Shown piece by piece: positions 41,487-52,438 of a stretch of 64,000 nucleotides of DNA; within the stretch, counting starts at the first letter, position 1, and each line of letters opens with the position of its first letter. A program made the position numbers and the translations under genes. The notes under the pieces were generated by a model that searched no databases, was not told the DNA's origin, and was given only the letters and a program-made list of their open reading frames with translations. The DNA lies in contig CAZMHV010000004.1 of the NCBI GenBank assembly GCA_964566225.1, positions 248 to 64,247 of the forward strand, read 5' to 3'. The DNA is from an uncultured Gammaproteobacteria bacterium (GTDB lineage Bacteria > Patescibacteriota > Patescibacteriia > Magasanikbacterales > UBA922).

Positions 41487-42608
41487 ATGAGTTTGCTTGA
41501 CCGAATTTCTCTTCAGGTACGGTATATTGATTTTCTTCTTCCGTTATCGGTTTTTATTTTGGTTACGGTTGGTTTGGTTTCACTTTATAGTATTGATTTA
41601 TCAAGAGGAACCGAGCTTCGATTTTTTACTACACAATTTGTTTCTTTTTGTCTTGGTATTGGTGTTGCTTCGCTTGCAGCGAGTTTGCATGCGACTCGGT
41701 ATCAGACCTTGTCGAGAGTTGTTTACTTGGTAGCTCTGCTGTTACTTGCAGGAGTGCTGCTTTTTGGTGAAACCATACGTGGAACGACTGGGTGGTTTCG
41801 TTTTTTTGGTTTTTCTTTTCAACCTGCGGAGTTTGCCAAAGTGGCACTCATACTCATGCTGGGAAGACTTGTTTATAAAAATGGGCGTCAATTTAATAGT
41901 CTTAAGTTTTTAGTCTCGAGTGCTGTTATTACAGGGAGTCTTGCCGGTCTTATTATGTTGCAGCCAGACTTAGGTTCAAGTCTCGTACTTTTTGGTATTT
42001 GGGGTGGGATTCTTTTTTTGAGTGGGCTCAAAAAAAGGTATATTTTTGGACTTTTGGGGTTGGTAGTTTTGGTAGCTGTATTGGGGTGGTTTTTTTTCTT
42101 AAAAGACTATCAAAAAGAACGTATTTTGACTTTTACCAATCCAGAGCGTGACCCCCTGGGGACTGGATATAATGTGACCCAGTCGATTATTGCCGTAGGA
42201 GCTGGGCAATTTTTTGGCCGGGGTCTCGGAAGAGGGTCTCAGAGCCAGCTTCATTTTATTCCAGAAGCACAAACTGACTTTATTGTTTCTGTGATTGGTG
42301 AAGAGCTGGGATTTTTTGGAATGCTGCTTATTTTATCGCTCTATGGACTGATTATTTACCGGCTTACCCGTATTGCCTCGCGGTCGAGAGATGATTTTTC
42401 AAGTTTTACGGTGATGGGCATAGCCTGTTTGTTTTTTCTCCAACTTATCATTAATCTTGGTGGGGCTATTGGTTTATTACCTGTGACTGGGGTGACCCTG
42501 CCATTTTTGAGCTATGGAGGATCTTCGCTTATTATCAATATGCTCCTTATTGGGATTGCAGAGAGTATTTCTCGCTCTACTGAGATGTCTCTGCGGCGGG
42601 CAGGGTAG
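41487..42608 (+). CDS. rodA: SEDS family peptidoglycan glycosyltransferase RodA/FtsW
   Basis: QPAEFAK, QPDLGS, YQ.ERI, GYN..QS.IAVG.G, PEAQTDFI, GEELG, PVTG.TLPF.SYGGSS. Confidence 0.92.
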   Translation: MSLLDRISLQVRYIDFLLPLSVFILVTVGLVSLYSIDLSRGTELRFFTTQFVSFCLGIGVASLAASLHATRYQTLSRVVYLVALLLLAGVLLFGETIRGTTGWFRFFGFSFQPAEFAKVALILMLGRLVYKNGRQFNSLKFLVSSAVITGSLAGLIMLQPDLGSSLVLFGIWGGILFLSGLKKRYIFGLLGLVVLVAVLGWFFFLKDYQKERILTFTNPERDPLGTGYNVTQSIIAVGAGQFFGRGLGRGSQSQLHFIPEAQTDFIVSVIGEELGFFGMLLILSLYGLIIYRLTRIASRSRDDFSSFTVMGIACLFFLQLIINLGGAIGLLPVTGVTLPFLSYGGSSLIINMLLIGIAESISRSTEMSLRRAG

Positions 42609-42659
42609 GTATCTCCGGCACTTGACTTTTTTCTCTTCATCTGGTATATTTTCCCCACT

Positions 42660-43010
42660 ATGAGCCAAAAGCCTCGTGAGCAAAATGAAAGTTTTGCCGA
42701 AGTTGGCTTGAAGCTTATGAAGGAATGTCCGCTGTGTGGTAAAAATTATACAGCTCCTTCCCTCAAAGTTATTGAGCAACAAAAAGATACCCGGTTGGTA
42801 CACTGTACTTGTCAGCACTGCAAACAGTCGCTTTTGGCAGTCATTGTGACCACTCGTTTGGGGGTGAGTTCCATTGGTATCCTCACAGATCTCACCATCT
42901 CTGATGTCTACTCGTTTCAAAACAAAAATCCAATCTGTGAAAATGATATTTTGGATTTTCATCAATTTTTAGAAAAAAATACCAAACAATTTAGTCAATT
43001 ATTTAAATAA
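42660..43010 (+). CDS. Small zinc-ribbon protein
   Basis: CPLC...HCTC..C; TDLT..D; I..NDILDFH. Confidence 0.75.
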   Translation: MSQKPREQNESFAEVGLKLMKECPLCGKNYTAPSLKVIEQQKDTRLVHCTCQHCKQSLLAVIVTTRLGVSSIGILTDLTISDVYSFQNKNPICENDILDFHQFLEKNTKQFSQLFK

Positions 43011-43016
43011 TATTTT

Positions 43017-43688
43017 ATGTCATTTGCTATTTCTGCAACGAAGCGTACCGCTGAAGCACAAATGGTGCGCGCCGAAGGAAAAGTTCCTGCTGTTTTGTAT
43101 GGACCTGGTGTACAACCAGTTTCTGTAACAGTTGCTTACAATGATTTTGATAAAGTGTATAAAGAAGCTGGAGAATCAACTCTGGTAGACTTTAGTATTG
43201 ATGGTGGTAAATCTGCCAAGGTCCTTATTCAGGATGTTCAGTACGATCCACTCACTCGCCGTGTTTCACACATTGATTTCCGTCAAATTCGTATGGATCA
43301 AGAAATTGAAGCTGCGGTAGAACTTGTGTTTGTAGGTGTTGCTCCTGCGGTAAAAGAACAAGGTGGTACCCTTACGACAACTCTGTCTGAAGTGTATATC
43401 AAATGTTTGCCAGAAAACTTGATGACTACCGTTGAAGTAGATCTTTCGACTTTGAAAACATTAGAAGATACTATTTATATCAAAGATTTGAAATTTCCTG
43501 CAGGCGTTGTTTGTACTGAAGAACCAGATACTTTGGTTGCCAAAGTTGCTGCGTCTCTTACTGAAGATCAAATCAAGGCTATGGAAGAAAAGAATGCTGC
43601 TCCAGTGGATTTGAGTAAGATTGAAATTTCAGAAGATCGTGGTAAGAAAGAAGAAGACAAAGAAGCTGAAGGTGACAAAAAAGAATAA
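43017..43688 (+). CDS. rplY: 50S ribosomal protein L25/Ctc
   Basis: R..G.VPAVLYG, Q.DP......HIDF, long C-terminal domain. Confidence 0.95.
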   Translation: MSFAISATKRTAEAQMVRAEGKVPAVLYGPGVQPVSVTVAYNDFDKVYKEAGESTLVDFSIDGGKSAKVLIQDVQYDPLTRRVSHIDFRQIRMDQEIEAAVELVFVGVAPAVKEQGGTLTTTLSEVYIKCLPENLMTTVEVDLSTLKTLEDTIYIKDLKFPAGVVCTEEPDTLVAKVAASLTEDQIKAMEEKNAAPVDLSKIEISEDRGKKEEDKEAEGDKKE

Positions 43689-43704
43689 TTTCTCTGAAGA
43701 AATA

Positions 43705-43734
43705 AAAAGACCCGCTGTAAAAGGCGGGTTTTTT
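43705..43734 (+). terminator. Intrinsic terminator after rplY
   Basis: GACCCGCT-GTAAA-AGGCGGGTTTTTT. Confidence 0.8.
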
Positions 43735-43754
43735 GTTGTATACTATGGAGTACT

Positions 43755-44891
43755 ATGAAAAAGAAAAAACAAACATCGATAAAAAAACTTGAAAATACTA
43801 GAGAGCGTGCAAAAATTTTAGATAAAAAAATAAATTTCCAAAATTTTCTCTCTTTTTCTGTTGTCTTGGGAATATTGTTGGGTACAATTTTTTTAATTTT
43901 TTATACCAAGAATTCCCAAAATACGAAAACTTCTGTATTGACTGAGATAGGTTTGACAACAAGTACTCTTGAGTCTGTTGGATCAGAGATAACCTGTACC
44001 TTTCATCGTAGTCTCGATGGTGTTTGTGTGAATACTCAAAATGAAGTAAATCCACCCATTGTAGGTGTCATGGTTGAAAATTCACTTGATGCGCAGCCGC
44101 TCTCAGGTATTTCACATGCACAGGTTGTGTACGAGGCTCCTGCCGAGGGCAATATTCCACGTTTTCTTGCTATCTTTCCTTTGGATGCACAGGTAAAAAA
44201 AGTTGGTCCGGTTCGTAGTGCTCGACCCTATTATATTGATTGGTTGAGTGCTTATGGTGATGCCATGTATATGCATGTGGGTGGCTCGCCTGAGGCATTG
44301 CAACAAATTCGTGACTATGGCTTGTTTGATATGAATGAAATGTATAATGCCAAGTCATTTTGGCGTGCAAATAATCGATTTGCTCCACACAATACCTACA
44401 CGTCTTCAGATTTATGGAGTACTGCACACGAAAAAAATATTGATGAATTTAAAAATGATGAATATACTGCGTGGCAGTATGATCAAAAAGAACGTTGCAA
44501 AAGTAATTGTATTGAACATCTACAGCTCGGGTTTTCTCCGGCTTACACTATTGTTTGGAAGTATAACCAAGAGAGTGGCTTGTTTGAACGTTTATTGAAT
44601 GGTCGAATTCAAAAGGATGAAGATGGAACTGTATACACGGCCAATAATGTTATTGTACAAGAAACAAAAATAACGATACTTGACGAAGTGGGACGAAAAA
44701 AAATTACCACGATTGGTGAGGGGAATGCCACAATTTTGAGTGGGGGAAGAGCTACTGTCGGAACTTGGAAAAAGAAAAGTAGAACCGCACCAACACAGTG
44801 GTTTGACGAAGTTGGAAATGAAATGAAACTGGCTCCAGGGAAAACATGGGTTGAGGTTGTGGAGTCGCACATGGTCCTAGAGATGAAATAA
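43755..44891 (+). CDS. DUF3048 family protein
   Basis: VMVEN...A.P.SG...A.VVYE...EG.I.RF.A.F, GPVRSAR.Y, H.GGS, R.APHN.Y, L.PGKTW. Confidence 0.88.
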   Translation: MKKKKQTSIKKLENTRERAKILDKKINFQNFLSFSVVLGILLGTIFLIFYTKNSQNTKTSVLTEIGLTTSTLESVGSEITCTFHRSLDGVCVNTQNEVNPPIVGVMVENSLDAQPLSGISHAQVVYEAPAEGNIPRFLAIFPLDAQVKKVGPVRSARPYYIDWLSAYGDAMYMHVGGSPEALQQIRDYGLFDMNEMYNAKSFWRANNRFAPHNTYTSSDLWSTAHEKNIDEFKNDEYTAWQYDQKERCKSNCIEHLQLGFSPAYTIVWKYNQESGLFERLLNGRIQKDEDGTVYTANNVIVQETKITILDEVGRKKITTIGEGNATILSGGRATVGTWKKKSRTAPTQWFDEVGNEMKLAPGKTWVEVVESHMVLEMK

Positions 44892-44903
44892 GAAAATAAA
44901 TGG

Positions 44904-44932
44904 AAAAGACCATCCACACAGGATGGTCTTTT
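44904..44932. terminator. Bidirectional terminator
   Basis: AAAAGACCATCC-ACACA-GGATGGTCTTTT. Confidence 0.85.
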
Positions 44933-44956
44933 TAGAGATCAATAAGATTTCGATGT

Positions 44957-45784
44957 TTAGTCAAGTGCTTGTACTTCTCGAACCGCTGTATTGATGATAT
45001 CTCTCAGAGTATTATAAGCATCTAAAAATTTTGGATCTGAAGAAAGTTGTATTTGGCTTTTGTAGAGACTATCTTCAATTTGCGCTCTTTTTGTTTCAAG
45101 CGTGCTCAACTCTTTGTTTGCATAAAATACATCATTTTCTGTTGAATCTGGATTTTTTATGATATTGAGGTTTTCTTGCATTTGCCGAAGCGTTGTATTT
45201 AACTCAGTACCAAGTTTGGCATATGGCTGTGAAAAAGCATCGAGTTCATCTGGGACGTGTTGCTTTCCTTGGATATATTCTTGAACCTCTTTTACTTGGG
45301 AGGCTTTGATATTTTCAAAGACTCTTGGTTGATTTCCTGAAAAAGGGATAGTTTTTCCTTGCATGTCTAAGTGAGGTTTTGTATTCCAGTCACCCATGGT
45401 ATATTTATTGCGTGTATAAAATTGTAAGAGGTCCTGCGCAAGTGGTCTCATGGACTGTGGAATATTTGTGGCTGCTTCAAGGGAGGCAAGTGCTTTTGTC
45501 TCGATTTCTTCTTTTTCAATTTGTCTCTTTTCTGTTTGGAGTTTTTGTATTGCGGCTTCAAGGGAAATAATTTCACTTTGGAGGTCGTCTATTTCGGCTT
45601 GTGTTGCTGGGTCGTTTGTTTCAAGGGCTTGTAACTCTGTAAGTTCCTGTCTTGTCCCTGCGAGACTTTCTGCTTGTGCGGCAAGAATGGAGGTTATAAA
45701 TTCTTTAGTGAGTTTTTCTGGGTTTTGTGTCTCTGGCTTGAAGTCTACTCCTTGTTCTGCTTGATTCAATTCTCCTTTTGACAT
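44957..45784 (-). CDS. Hypothetical coiled-coil protein
   Basis: 275-aa ORF with heptad-like E/Q/L pattern. Confidence 0.7.
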   Translation of the reverse strand: MSKGELNQAEQGVDFKPETQNPEKLTKEFITSILAAQAESLAGTRQELTELQALETNDPATQAEIDDLQSEIISLEAAIQKLQTEKRQIEKEEIETKALASLEAATNIPQSMRPLAQDLLQFYTRNKYTMGDWNTKPHLDMQGKTIPFSGNQPRVFENIKASQVKEVQEYIQGKQHVPDELDAFSQPYAKLGTELNTTLRQMQENLNIIKNPDSTENDVFYANKELSTLETKRAQIEDSLYKSQIQLSSDPKFLDAYNTLRDIINTAVREVQALD

Positions 45785-45830
45785 ATAACTAAATTTTATC
45801 TATACTAAAAAAGTTTTTAATTGTTTTCGT

Positions 45831-45989
45831 ATGAAAGCTCAGTATGGTCATATTGTAGAAGATTTACAAAAAATTATCAAGAGAGTTCAAGATTTACAAA
45901 AAAAGAAAGGGGATATAAGAAAAAAAGTTATTGCTCAAAAAGATAGCATTGAAATTGATCGACTTCGAAAGATTATTGAAACGCAATAA
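45831..45989 (+). CDS. Small coiled-coil protein (52 aa)
   Basis: Read manually: MKAQYGHIVEDLQKIIKRVQDLQKKKGDIRKKVIAQKDSIEIDRLRKIIETQ*; fills the gap and ends at the terminator. Confidence 0.55.
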   Translation: MKAQYGHIVEDLQKIIKRVQDLQKKKGDIRKKVIAQKDSIEIDRLRKIIETQ

Positions 45990-46000
45990 AAAGACAAAAT

Positions 46001-46031
46001 AAAAAGACCACTCATTTAAGAGTGGTCTTTT
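46001..46031. terminator. Bidirectional terminator
   Basis: AAAAAGACCACTC-ATTTAA-GAGTGGTCTTTT. Confidence 0.85.
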
Positions 46032-46038
46032 GTTTGGT

Positions 46039-48519
46039 TTAGAGGAGTGTAATACTCGCTACACAGTCTCCGTCTTCTTTGAATCGCATAATGCGCACGC
46101 CTTGTGTGGCACGGCCCAGCGTTGAGATTGATTTCAATGGAATGCGGACGACTTGTCCGTTCTTTGAAATAATGAGGAGGTCTTGTTCTTCGGTGTTGTT
46201 GATAATTTGTGCACTCATGAGTGGGCCAGTTTTATCGGTAATGTTCATGGTTTTAATTCCACTGCCACCACGTCCTTGCACTTTGTATTCACTAATTTCC
46301 GTACGTTTTCCAAGACCGTTTTTGGAAACTACCAAAAGTTCAAGCACCTTTTTCTTGACCAGTTCGGGTGACACCACATCCATACCTACAATTTGGTCAT
46401 TGGATTTGAGGCGGATACCACGTACACCAGCTGCGGTGCGGCCCATGCCACGAACCACAGACTCTTTGAAGCGAATCGCTTGACCATCTGAAGTCGCAAG
46501 CACAATGTCGTCACTGCCACTTGATGGGCGTACCCATTCGAGGAAGTCATCACTGTGGAGTTTGAGAGCAATGATTCCTGATCGACGAACATTTTCAAAG
46601 TCAGAAAGTGCAGTCTTTTTGATGGTTCCTTGGGTGGTTACCATCACCAAATATTTGTACACACTCACGTCTTCCATGGAGAGCATGGCGGAGATCTTTT
46701 CATTTGGTGCGAGCTGCAAGAAGTTCACCAGTGCCTGACCTTTGGCAGTACGACTGCCTTGTGGAATGTCATAGGCATGGAGTTGGAACACACGTCCACG
46801 AGTGGTGAAGAACAAAATATTGTCGTGGGTGTTGGTGGTAATAAGTTCTTGCACCACATCTTCTTCTTTGGTAGTTACACCAATGACACCCTTGCCACCA
46901 CGACCCTGCAGTTTGAATGTGTCTGGAGGGAGACGTTTGATGTAGCCGTCGGCTGTGGTCATGATAATGGTTGGTTCATTTGGTACTAAGTCTTCAATGG
47001 TAAATTCTTTCACGCCATGTGCCACAATTTTGGTACGACGGTCATCCCCAAATTTTTCTTTCACTTCAAGGGTTTCTTTTTTGATGATATTCAAAATCTT
47101 TTTTGGACTTGCCAAAATTGCTTCCATTTCTGCAATAAACGCCATTTTTTCTTTGAGTTCGTCTTCAATTCTTTTGCGTTCGAGGTTAGCGAGTTGTTGC
47201 AAGCGCATTTCCAAAATAGCGACCGTTTGACGATCGGTAAATTTAAATTTACTCATCAGGTTTACTTTGGCTTCGTCTTTGTCTTTGGACTTGCGAATGG
47301 TTTCAATTACTTGGTCAATGTGGTCAAGTGCTTTTTTGAGACCTTCGAGAATATGGGCACGTTCTTTGGCTTTGTCGAGATCAAATTGCGTACGACGAGT
47401 AATCACTTCTTGGCGGTGTTTTACAAATTCTTCAAGAACACTCTTGATATTGAGTACGCGTGGCTGAATACCATCAACGAGCGCGAGCAAGTTCACGTGG
47501 AAAGTGGTTTGCAAATCAGTCATTTTGTAGAGTTGATTCAACACTTTTTTGGGATACGCATCTTTTTTGAGTTCAATTACAATGCGAACACCATCTTTGT
47601 TGGATTCATCACGCAAATCTTTGATACTTTCAATTTTCTTTTCTTGTACCAAGGTCGCGATTTTTTCAATAAGTACGGCTTTGTTTACTTGGTAAGGAAC
47701 TTCGGTCACAATAATGCGAAATTGATCACCCTTGCCTTCTTCAATATCTGCTTTGGCACGAACCACAATGCCACCACGACCAGTGGAGTAGGCTGCTGTA
47801 ATGTCTGCTTTGTTGTACATGATGCCACCGGTAGGGAAGTCTGGTCCTTTGATGTATTCCATGAGGCCTTCGACAGAAATTTTGGGGTCTTCAATCAGTG
47901 CCGCCACACCGTCACAGAGTTCTGTGAGGTTGTGTGGAGGAATGTTGGTTGCCATACCAACCGCAATACCCATGGAACCATTCAAGAGTAAGTTTGGAAG
48001 TTTACTTGGAAGTACACGAGGTTCGTTGTGTGAGCCATCGTAGGTAGGACTAAAGTTGACCGTGTTTTTTTCAATGTCACTGAGCATTTCTTCGGCAATG
48101 GCTTGGAGTTTGGCTTCGGTATAACGCATGGCCGCAGCAGAGTCGCCATCCATAGAACCAAAGTTTCCTTGACCAAACACCAACTGGTAGCGCATAGAAA
48201 AGTCTTGCGCCATACGTACCATGGAATCATAAATAGCGGCATCTCCGTGTGGATGGTACTTGGCCATCACTTCACCGACTACGTGTGCAGATTTACGAAA
48301 TTTGGCACTGTGTTTGAGACCAATTTTCCACATGGCATACAAAATACGACGGTGTACTGGTTTCAAACCATCACGCACATCTGGCAGTGCACGCGATACA
48401 ATCACACTCATGGCATAGTCAAGGTATGAGGTCTGCAGTTCATCAATAATTTGAATGGGTTCAACTTTTCCAACTGGGTTAAAGTCTGTGAGCTGTGGTT
48501 GGTTTGGATTTTTCTTCAT
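46039..48519 (-). CDS. gyrA: DNA gyrase subunit A
   Basis: [29 protein letters not shown] catalytic Tyr, GyrA-box QGRGGKG, C-terminal pinwheel repeats. Confidence 0.98.
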   Translation of the reverse strand: MKKNPNQPQLTDFNPVGKVEPIQIIDELQTSYLDYAMSVIVSRALPDVRDGLKPVHRRILYAMWKIGLKHSAKFRKSAHVVGEVMAKYHPHGDAAIYDSMVRMAQDFSMRYQLVFGQGNFGSMDGDSAAAMRYTEAKLQAIAEEMLSDIEKNTVNFSPTYDGSHNEPRVLPSKLPNLLLNGSMGIAVGMATNIPPHNLTELCDGVAALIEDPKISVEGLMEYIKGPDFPTGGIMYNKADITAAYSTGRGGIVVRAKADIEEGKGDQFRIIVTEVPYQVNKAVLIEKIATLVQEKKIESIKDLRDESNKDGVRIVIELKKDAYPKKVLNQLYKMTDLQTTFHVNLLALVDGIQPRVLNIKSVLEEFVKHRQEVITRRTQFDLDKAKERAHILEGLKKALDHIDQVIETIRKSKDKDEAKVNLMSKFKFTDRQTVAILEMRLQQLANLERKRIEDELKEKMAFIAEMEAILASPKKILNIIKKETLEVKEKFGDDRRTKIVAHGVKEFTIEDLVPNEPTIIMTTADGYIKRLPPDTFKLQGRGGKGVIGVTTKEEDVVQELITTNTHDNILFFTTRGRVFQLHAYDIPQGSRTAKGQALVNFLQLAPNEKISAMLSMEDVSVYKYLVMVTTQGTIKKTALSDFENVRRSGIIALKLHSDDFLEWVRPSSGSDDIVLATSDGQAIRFKESVVRGMGRTAAGVRGIRLKSNDQIVGMDVVSPELVKKKVLELLVVSKNGLGKRTEISEYKVQGRGGSGIKTMNITDKTGPLMSAQIINNTEEQDLLIISKNGQVVRIPLKSISTLGRATQGVRIMRFKEDGDCVASITLL

Positions 48520-48536
48520 AGATCAAATTTAATGTG

Positions 48537-49190
48537 TCATTCTGATGTAGTTGTTGAGGTAAGTGTTGATGTGGTTACTGCAGGAGTACTTGTGGCGGTT
48601 TCAATGGTGGATGTACTTGCAGAAGAACTCACAAACGACGATAAATTTTGTACTAAAATATTTTTGATTTCTTCTTCGGAAAGTTCTTGTTGGGTTGATT
48701 CTTTGGAAAAAAACTGATCGTGTTCTTGTTCTTTTTGTTTTTTTCTGGGTTCACTTACGAGGTTGGTAAAATCAGATTTTCCTATCTGCCAGAGACTTTC
48801 ATCGCTTCCTTTGTGAAATTTCGCATTGGTAAATTGAAATTGCACATTGATAACCCAGAGTACCGCAATAAAAATCATGGTAATCCCTACTACGGTATTG
48901 AGCAAAAAACGTTTTTTTCTTTCAAGCTGCGACGACGTATACCTGTGTGTTTTGTTCCCTCCATGCGGTGAGGGGGTAGGGGGTGGTGTCGTCTCAGTAA
49001 AAGGTTCTGTTACGTTTTGTGTCAAAAGACGGGGAAGTGAGTCCACGGCCTGGCGTATGTGTGCCCGTTCTTCACGAGAAATTTTTTTTACTCCATTTTT
49101 GGTGAGTAAATTTTTTTGTTTTGATTCCTGTGATTTTTTGGGTGAACGTTTGGCTGCACTTTTTTGAGTTGTAATTTTTTTGACAGGCAT
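48537..49190 (-). CDS. Hypothetical single-TM protein
   Basis: Basic N-terminus, one TM, Ser/Thr-rich tail. Confidence 0.65.
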   Translation of the reverse strand: MPVKKITTQKSAAKRSPKKSQESKQKNLLTKNGVKKISREERAHIRQAVDSLPRLLTQNVTEPFTETTPPPTPSPHGGNKTHRYTSSQLERKKRFLLNTVVGITMIFIAVLWVINVQFQFTNAKFHKGSDESLWQIGKSDFTNLVSEPRKKQKEQEHDQFFSKESTQQELSEEEIKNILVQNLSSFVSSSASTSTIETATSTPAVTTSTLTSTTTSE

Positions 49191-49218
49191 ATACTTGGTA
49201 TTTCTTTTCCGTAGAATG

Positions 49219-49833
49219 TTATTCTTTTTCGAGCAATATAACTTTCATTTCATCGGCAGGTAAATCTTTTTTCTTTAAAATTACTTTTGTTTGGGGTTCT
49301 TGTGCTTGTAAACCAATAGCTTTTATAAAGTTACTGACATCTGCTGCGTTGGGATTGTTGTCACTTTTATACGCCATTGGAATAACGATTCGAGGCTCAA
49401 TAGCATTTACTACTTTTACTGCTGTTTCAGCGTCATAACAATTTTCACCACCAACCGGTACAAATAAAATATCAACACCAGTAACAATATCAAGTTCTTC
49501 GTCGTTCAAAGATTTTTGAGCCAGTCCAAGGTGTCCAATACTGAGCTGTTCGGCATCAATACGAAGCAATGTTTGGCCAGGTGTTTGGCTGGTAGCCGCA
49601 GTAATGAGAACGCCTTTGGTTTCACATTCTCCTGGGGAGGTAAGTACAAAAGGATTTCCAGAGAGAGTCATGAGATTTTCTTCACCTTGGCTTCCTACCA
49701 CAACATCTGCTGTGAGACTTCGTGGAAATTCTCCTGCTTTTGGCTTATACGGATCAAGCAGAATAACAACATCGTCAGCAAGAGGTTTGGCTTGTATTTT
49801 GAGGGTGGTTCCGCCGAGCCATGATATATGCAT
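49219..49833 (-). CDS. Metallo-beta-lactamase-fold protein, probably lacking metal ligands
   Basis: I.WLG, DPY, PGE.E.KGV, HLG, DIL.VPVGG, IEPRIVIPM; the usual His ligands appear substituted. Confidence 0.8.
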   Translation of the reverse strand: MHISWLGGTTLKIQAKPLADDVVILLDPYKPKAGEFPRSLTADVVVGSQGEENLMTLSGNPFVLTSPGECETKGVLITAATSQTPGQTLLRIDAEQLSIGHLGLAQKSLNDEELDIVTGVDILFVPVGGENCYDAETAVKVVNAIEPRIVIPMAYKSDNNPNAADVSNFIKAIGLQAQEPQTKVILKKKDLPADEMKVILLEKE

Positions 49834-49910
49834 ACATTCAAGAAAATTAGGATTTTAATCCCTCATAGTATACTCTGTTTAAAATCTCTTTGCAAGCTAA
49901 AAAGGAATAA

Positions 49911-49938
49911 AAAATCACCGGTATTTGACCGGTGATTT
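49911..49938. terminator. Intrinsic terminator
   Basis: AAAATCACCGGT-ATTTG-ACCGGTGATTT. Confidence 0.8.
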
Positions 49939-49956
49939 ATATATTTTTGTGGTGGA

Positions 49957-52065
49957 TTATCTTGTTTGACTCGCTCTGGTTACTTTTACATATTGGTAAC
50001 CACTCCAGGTAGATTTGCCTGTTTTGTCCCATACTTTGGCACCATAACTAACACTGGTTCCAGAGTATTTTGGATAACTGCCAGAAACTTCACAAGTAGT
50101 AGTACCAGTACAAGTTTTTACTACACGAGCGTTGACATACATGTCAATTTTTTTGATACCATTTTCGTCACTGGTATTTGCTTTGAAGGTAACGGTTTGA
50201 TTGGCTGGAATACTGCTGCTTGATGCTGAAACATTTAAGACTGGTGCATTATTGACTACTGGTCTTGCTGTGACAGAAATTGTTTTACTGTCAGAACTTC
50301 CACCCATACCTGTGCGGTTGTCCCAAGCAATGGTCCATACTTTGACAGATTGACCTGCATGTCCGGTAAATGGTCCAATAGTAAGTGAACAAGTTTGAAC
50401 ACTATTTGCAGTGGTAGTCAAGATACATGTTCGAGAAATAGTTTCGTTTGACCAACTTGGCAGAGCACGAACTTCCATGCCCCAGATTCCGTTTTGACTG
50501 GTAGCACGTCCGGTTACGACCATGGTTTTATCTTCTTGCACTGAGTAAGAATATACTTGTGTTTCTACCCATGGAGCAACAGAAGGATTATAGTTATCAA
50601 TAGGGTATGGATAGTAGCCACTGTTGTTTCCTACGGTAAAGGTAAAGAATTGTGAATACACGCGGTGTCCGTTGGTATCAAGTACGTCAGCCCAGACATC
50701 AAAAGATTGGCCAATGTAGCTGTTGAAGTTACTAATATCGAGAGTACATGTGGCGTTATGGGTATTGTATCCAAGGTCACAGGTGCGGTTAAATGTATAT
50801 TGAGAATACATGTTGCCATAACCATTCCAATATTGGCGTGGAACTACATTGACACTCATACGTGAGAGTCCTTCGTTGTCCCAACCATCAGCACGAATAC
50901 TGAGTCCTTGGTTTGGAGCAACAGTAGAAGGAATTTTGGCTGGATCAATATAAATACCCGGAAGTTGATCATTTGAAGAAACATTTCCGTTTGAAGTATT
51001 ACCAACACGCATGCTATAAATATTTGAAACAGCACGTTGACCGTTGGTATCAATTACTTCTGCCCAAACATAGAGATTTTGGTTGGCAAAGTTTTGAAAG
51101 TTGGCAATATCAAGAGTACAGGAAAGATTGTGGAGTACTGTGTAGCAGTGACGACTAAAAGGGAATTGGTAGGTATCGTTTGAAGTAAACCCGTCCCCAA
51201 TATAACTTTGTCGTGTCACATATACAGAAACACGGTTGACACCTTCGTTGTCCCAACCATCGGCACGAATGTGAACGGTTGAGTTCACGCCAACTTGTTC
51301 TGGAATTGTTCCACGATCAAGGTAAACACCAGGCATTTGATTGCCTGAGGTTTGTGGAAAGTTACCACGAACATGAACCGTGATACGACTTGAGTACCCA
51401 GTATTGCCTTCGGCATCAGTAGCACGGGCTTCATAGGTATAGGTTTTGCCAGCATCACTACTACTAAATGTTGGATAAAAATTTGTGGTACAGTCAAATG
51501 GGTTGTTGTTACAGGTATTGGTCATTTGGAGTGCCCAGTCATCAACGCGGTAAATACGAACATCACGAATAACAGAGTTATCAGTAGCGCGGGATTGGAT
51601 ATACATTCCAGAGTTTGCAGTTGCGTCAACATCATAACTACTTGCAGATAAGGTAACGGTAGGAACCTGGTAGTTGTTATATCCATTGTTGTACGCGGCT
51701 ACACCCTGAAGACTCATGACTTGTGAATACAAAAGAGTGCCGTTGACATCATAGCCAACTGCTTGCAAAAAAGTAGTCCCGTTTTTTACAGAAGAAAGGG
51801 AGTAATAACAGGTATTTTGGATGGAACAACTTGCGAGCACAGAGTTTCCTTCACGAATTTCAATTCGGTTGAGGGTGCGGTAGTTGAGTGGGTATACCTG
51901 GGCAGTAAAGGATAACTGGGTTCCTGTCTGAACGGTCCAGTTGTTATTTGAATTGGTGAGAGTAATATAGGGAGCAGCATCAGCCTGTGAGTTTTGGATG
52001 CCAGTGGCCAAGGCCAAAATGGCAATAACGGTCACTCCTACTGTTCGCAGAAGGAATTTTTTCAT
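49957..52065 (-). CDS. Secreted protein with tandem Ig-like domains
   Basis: Signal peptide; about six beta domains each with a Cys pair; IRADGWDNEG occurs twice. Confidence 0.8.
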   Translation of the reverse strand: MKKFLLRTVGVTVIAILALATGIQNSQADAAPYITLTNSNNNWTVQTGTQLSFTAQVYPLNYRTLNRIEIREGNSVLASCSIQNTCYYSLSSVKNGTTFLQAVGYDVNGTLLYSQVMSLQGVAAYNNGYNNYQVPTVTLSASSYDVDATANSGMYIQSRATDNSVIRDVRIYRVDDWALQMTNTCNNNPFDCTTNFYPTFSSSDAGKTYTYEARATDAEGNTGYSSRITVHVRGNFPQTSGNQMPGVYLDRGTIPEQVGVNSTVHIRADGWDNEGVNRVSVYVTRQSYIGDGFTSNDTYQFPFSRHCYTVLHNLSCTLDIANFQNFANQNLYVWAEVIDTNGQRAVSNIYSMRVGNTSNGNVSSNDQLPGIYIDPAKIPSTVAPNQGLSIRADGWDNEGLSRMSVNVVPRQYWNGYGNMYSQYTFNRTCDLGYNTHNATCTLDISNFNSYIGQSFDVWADVLDTNGHRVYSQFFTFTVGNNSGYYPYPIDNYNPSVAPWVETQVYSYSVQEDKTMVVTGRATSQNGIWGMEVRALPSWSNETISRTCILTTTANSVQTCSLTIGPFTGHAGQSVKVWTIAWDNRTGMGGSSDSKTISVTARPVVNNAPVLNVSASSSSIPANQTVTFKANTSDENGIKKIDMYVNARVVKTCTGTTTCEVSGSYPKYSGTSVSYGAKVWDKTGKSTWSGYQYVKVTRASQTR

Positions 52066-52438
52066 ACAGAAAATAGTTAAATAATCAAATTTTGCTTAAT
52101 TTAGCTTAAAATTATAGTTTTTGAATCTACTCCTACTAATAGTAGCACATTTTGGCGTAAAAGTCAAGTCTATTTTGGTGCAAAAATAAGCGAAATTTTG
52201 CTACAATATAAGCTTTTTTTTGAAAAATGTGCACTGTCTTTGACGTGTGGACAAGCACCTTCTTTCACCCCTTGCCAAAATAAAAAAATTTTGGTATACT
52301 CGGCTCACTATCTATTATTTATAACCTCCTTTTTGAGCAAAAACAAAAAGAAGAGGTTCACTTATTCGCTGTTTGGCGAAGGGTTAATGTATACGGTAGC
52401 TTAGGGTTTGTACTCTTTGACTCCGTTTTTTTGTACTT

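Noticed and set aside
46630-48429. Long + strand ORFs opposite gyrA (and similarly opposite gyrB and nusG)
   Set aside because: Antisense shadows of conserved housekeeping genes
52186-52204. TAAGCGAAATTTTGCTA resembling the island operator
   Set aside because: Weak match in AT-rich DNA; not distinguishable from chance without a motif model
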